Shown here: positions 34,082-37,364 of the stretch, piece by piece
Numbering within the stretch: the stretch's first letter is position 1
Layout: each line of letters begins with the position of its first letter
From: a bacterium
GTDB taxonomy: Bacteria > Hinthialibacterota > Hinthialibacteria > Hinthialibacterales > Hinthialibacteraceae
Assembly (NCBI GenBank): GCA_041946805.1
Contig: JBHGBC010000050.1
Location: forward strand, 1 to 37,364
Reading direction: 5' to 3'
Length of the DNA: 37,364 nucleotides
Made by a program: the position numbers and the translations under genes
The notes under the pieces: generated by a model
Told to the model about the DNA's origin: nothing
What the model saw: only the letters and a program-made list of their open reading frames with translations
Databases searched by the model: none

Positions 34082-36193
34082 ATGACGGCTGTGTGTGCGA
34101 AAGACACTTCTCTTTCCCTCGTTCGGAACATCGGCATCGCCGCGCATATCGACGCGGGGAAGACGACCACGACCGAACGCATCCTGTATTATACGGGACG
34201 CACTCACAAAATCGGCGAGGTCCACGACGGCGCCGCCGAAATGGACTGGATGGAACAGGAAAAGGAACGCGGCATCACCATCACCGCCGCCGCCACCTCC
34301 TGTTTCTGGAAGGGTTTCCAGATCAACATCATCGATACTCCCGGCCACGTCGACTTCACCATGGAGGTCGAGCGCTCCCTCCGCGTTCTCGACGGCTGCG
34401 TGGCCCTCTTCTGCGCCGTCGGCGGCGTCGAGCCCCAGTCCGAAACCGTCTGGCGGCAGGCGGACCGCTATCATGTCCCCCGCATCGCCTTCATCAACAA
34501 GATGGACCGCGCCGGCGCCGACTTCAACCGCGTGGTGGAACAGATCCGCTGGAAACTCAACGCCAAGCCCCTCCCCGTGCAGATCCCCATCGGGTCCGAA
34601 AACGCCTTCACGGGAGTCATCGACCTGGTGGAAATGAAAGCCCGGATCTGGAGCGGGGATTCCGATCCCTACGGAACGGTTTATACCGAGGCCGGCATCC
34701 CCGGCCCCTGCGCGGAAGCCGCCGAAACGGCCCGCGAACACCTGCTCGAAACCCTCGCCGACCACGACGACGCCATTCTTGCCCGTTTCCTGGAAGGGGG
34801 CTATATCGAACCTCCGATCCTGCGGCAGGCCATCCGCAAGGCGGTCATCCACTCGGGGCTGGTCCCCGTGCTCTGCGGCGCGGCCCTCCGTAACAAGGGC
34901 GTGCAACTGTTGCTGGACGCCGTGGTGGATTACCTGCCTTCGCCCGTCGACGTGCCCCCGGTGATCGGCGTCCACCCGGTGACCAACGAGGAAACCATCC
35001 GCGAGGCCAGTGTCCAGGAACCCTTCACCGCTCTCGCTTTCAAACTCATGACCGACGCGCATGGCAAAATGACCTTCCTGCGTGTCTATTCCGGCCAAAT
35101 CGCCACGGGTTCCACCGTGTACAACGCCTCCCGGAAGAAAAAAGAGAAAATCGGACGCCTGATCCGCATCCACGCCAACAAACGGGAAGAAGTCAAACGC
35201 GTCCAGGCCGGGGATATCGCCGGCGCGCTCGGCTTGAACCGCACCTTCACCGGTGATACCCTATGCGCCAAGGATCATCCAATCCTCCTGGAGTCCCTCA
35301 ACTTCCCGGATCCGGTCATCTTTGTCGCCATCGAGCCCAAAACCGTGGCCGACCAGGACCGGCTGGCCTTGGCTCTCGCGCGCATGGCCGAGGAAGATCC
35401 CACCTTCCACGTCAAGGAAGACGAGGAAACGGGTCAGTCCATCATCTCCGGGATGGGGGAATTGCACCTCGAGATCATCGTCGACCGCATCCTCCGGGAA
35501 TACGGCGTGAAGGCCAACGTGGGCAAGCCCCAGGTCGCGTACCGCGAAACGATCAAGAAGCGGGCTGTCCAGGAGGAAAAATATGTCCGCCAGCACGGAG
35601 GCCGGGATCACTTCGCGCAGGTCACGCTCGAAGTCTTCCCCCGCGCGGGCGGATCGGGATTTTTGTTTCAAAATGGAGTGGGAGAAGACCGCCTCCCCAA
35701 AATTTTTGCCGCCGCCGCGGAAAAAGGTGTGCGTGAGAACCTTCAAAGCGGAGTGCTTCTCGGCTATCCTTTAGTGGATGTGGGCGTCCGGCTCACGGAT
35801 GGAGCGTTCCACGAGACCGATTCGTCCGAGCTGGCGTTCACCAGCGCGGCCTCCCTGGCGTTCCGGTATGCGCTCGAACGCGCGGAGCCGGTCCTGCTGG
35901 AGCCGGTCATGGCCATCGAGATCGTCTGCCCCGCCGAGTGCATGGGCGACATCCTCGGCAACCTGAACGCGCGGCGGGGCCGGACAGCCGGCTTGGAACA
36001 ACGGGGTGGTTCCCAAATCATCCGCGGGTTGGTTCCTCTCTCCGAAATGTTCGGATATGCGACGAGCCTGCGTTCTCTCTCGCAGGGACGGGCCACGTAC
36101 ACCATGCAGCTGGCCTGCTATGAGGAAGTACCGAAGGCCCGGCAAGATCAGCTCGTCGCGGGTATGGGTGTCTATTCGGTTCCCCGAGAATGA
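34082..36193 (+). CDS. fusA: Elongation factor G (str-operon copy, divergent domain IV)
   Basis: [35 protein letters not shown] and [10 protein letters not shown] motifs; located between rpsG and tuf. Confidence 0.96.
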   Translation: MTAVCAKDTSLSLVRNIGIAAHIDAGKTTTTERILYYTGRTHKIGEVHDGAAEMDWMEQEKERGITITAAATSCFWKGFQINIIDTPGHVDFTMEVERSLRVLDGCVALFCAVGGVEPQSETVWRQADRYHVPRIAFINKMDRAGADFNRVVEQIRWKLNAKPLPVQIPIGSENAFTGVIDLVEMKARIWSGDSDPYGTVYTEAGIPGPCAEAAETAREHLLETLADHDDAILARFLEGGYIEPPILRQAIRKAVIHSGLVPVLCGAALRNKGVQLLLDAVVDYLPSPVDVPPVIGVHPVTNEETIREASVQEPFTALAFKLMTDAHGKMTFLRVYSGQIATGSTVYNASRKKKEKIGRLIRIHANKREEVKRVQAGDIAGALGLNRTFTGDTLCAKDHPILLESLNFPDPVIFVAIEPKTVADQDRLALALARMAEEDPTFHVKEDEETGQSIISGMGELHLEIIVDRILREYGVKANVGKPQVAYRETIKKRAVQEEKYVRQHGGRDHFAQVTLEVFPRAGGSGFLFQNGVGEDRLPKIFAAAAEKGVRENLQSGVLLGYPLVDVGVRLTDGAFHETDSSELAFTSAASLAFRYALERAEPVLLEPVMAIEIVCPAECMGDILGNLNARRGRTAGLEQRGGSQIIRGLVPLSEMFGYATSLRSLSQGRATYTMQLACYEEVPKARQDQLVAGMGVYSVPRE

Positions 36194-36379
36194 ACCGGAT
36201 CGTTCAAGGGTGTTGACCATAACCGGTTCGGAAATCCGCCGGAGGCCGGAGCAGGGCGCCGCCCCTCTCCCCCCCGCCGGGCTTCCCCCCGCGCGCGGCC
36301 GGAAATTGATGGGAAATCGACCAACGAAGACCACGCGATGCGAGTGTCTTTGGATTGATAATCGAGGAGCAACGCTACC

Positions 36380-37364
<985 letters not shown>

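Overview
High-GC bacterial chromosome segment, probably from a PVC-related or candidate-phylum organism (lineage is inference only). The right 13.4 kb is core: rpoB, rpoC, rpsL, rpsG, fusA and a tuf copy that has lost about 69 codons of its GTP-binding domain. rpoB is not preceded by rplKAJL, rpoC carries a 451-codon trigger-loop segment with about five SBHM repeats, and fusA has degenerate domain-IV tips. The left 23 kb is a mixed accessory region: a modular DNRLRE/SdrD-B protein with a sharp internal GC switch, a frameshifted pseudogene next to tRNA-Lys(UUU), an NPCBM protein, a lipoprotein, a cupin, a long acidic DUF2325 protein, ubiX-ubiA(MqnP-like), a DUF3142/TPR pair, a Tat-exported AP-endonuclease-2 TIM barrel beside DUF1080, an RsbW-like kinase, rlpA, a HAD hydrolase, and a DUF2089 regulator with twin palindromes over its promoter. 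Many REP-like palindromes are present. The most striking item is a two-gene locus (17994-20082, minus strand) of T6SS Hcp tube-protein homologues. Both carry Sec-type signal peptides, one is fused through a Pro/Thr linker to a duplicated C-terminal domain, and no other T6SS gene is in the window. This is a candidate exported Hcp tube/ring or surface-display system. All family calls are by motif recognition; no searches were run.
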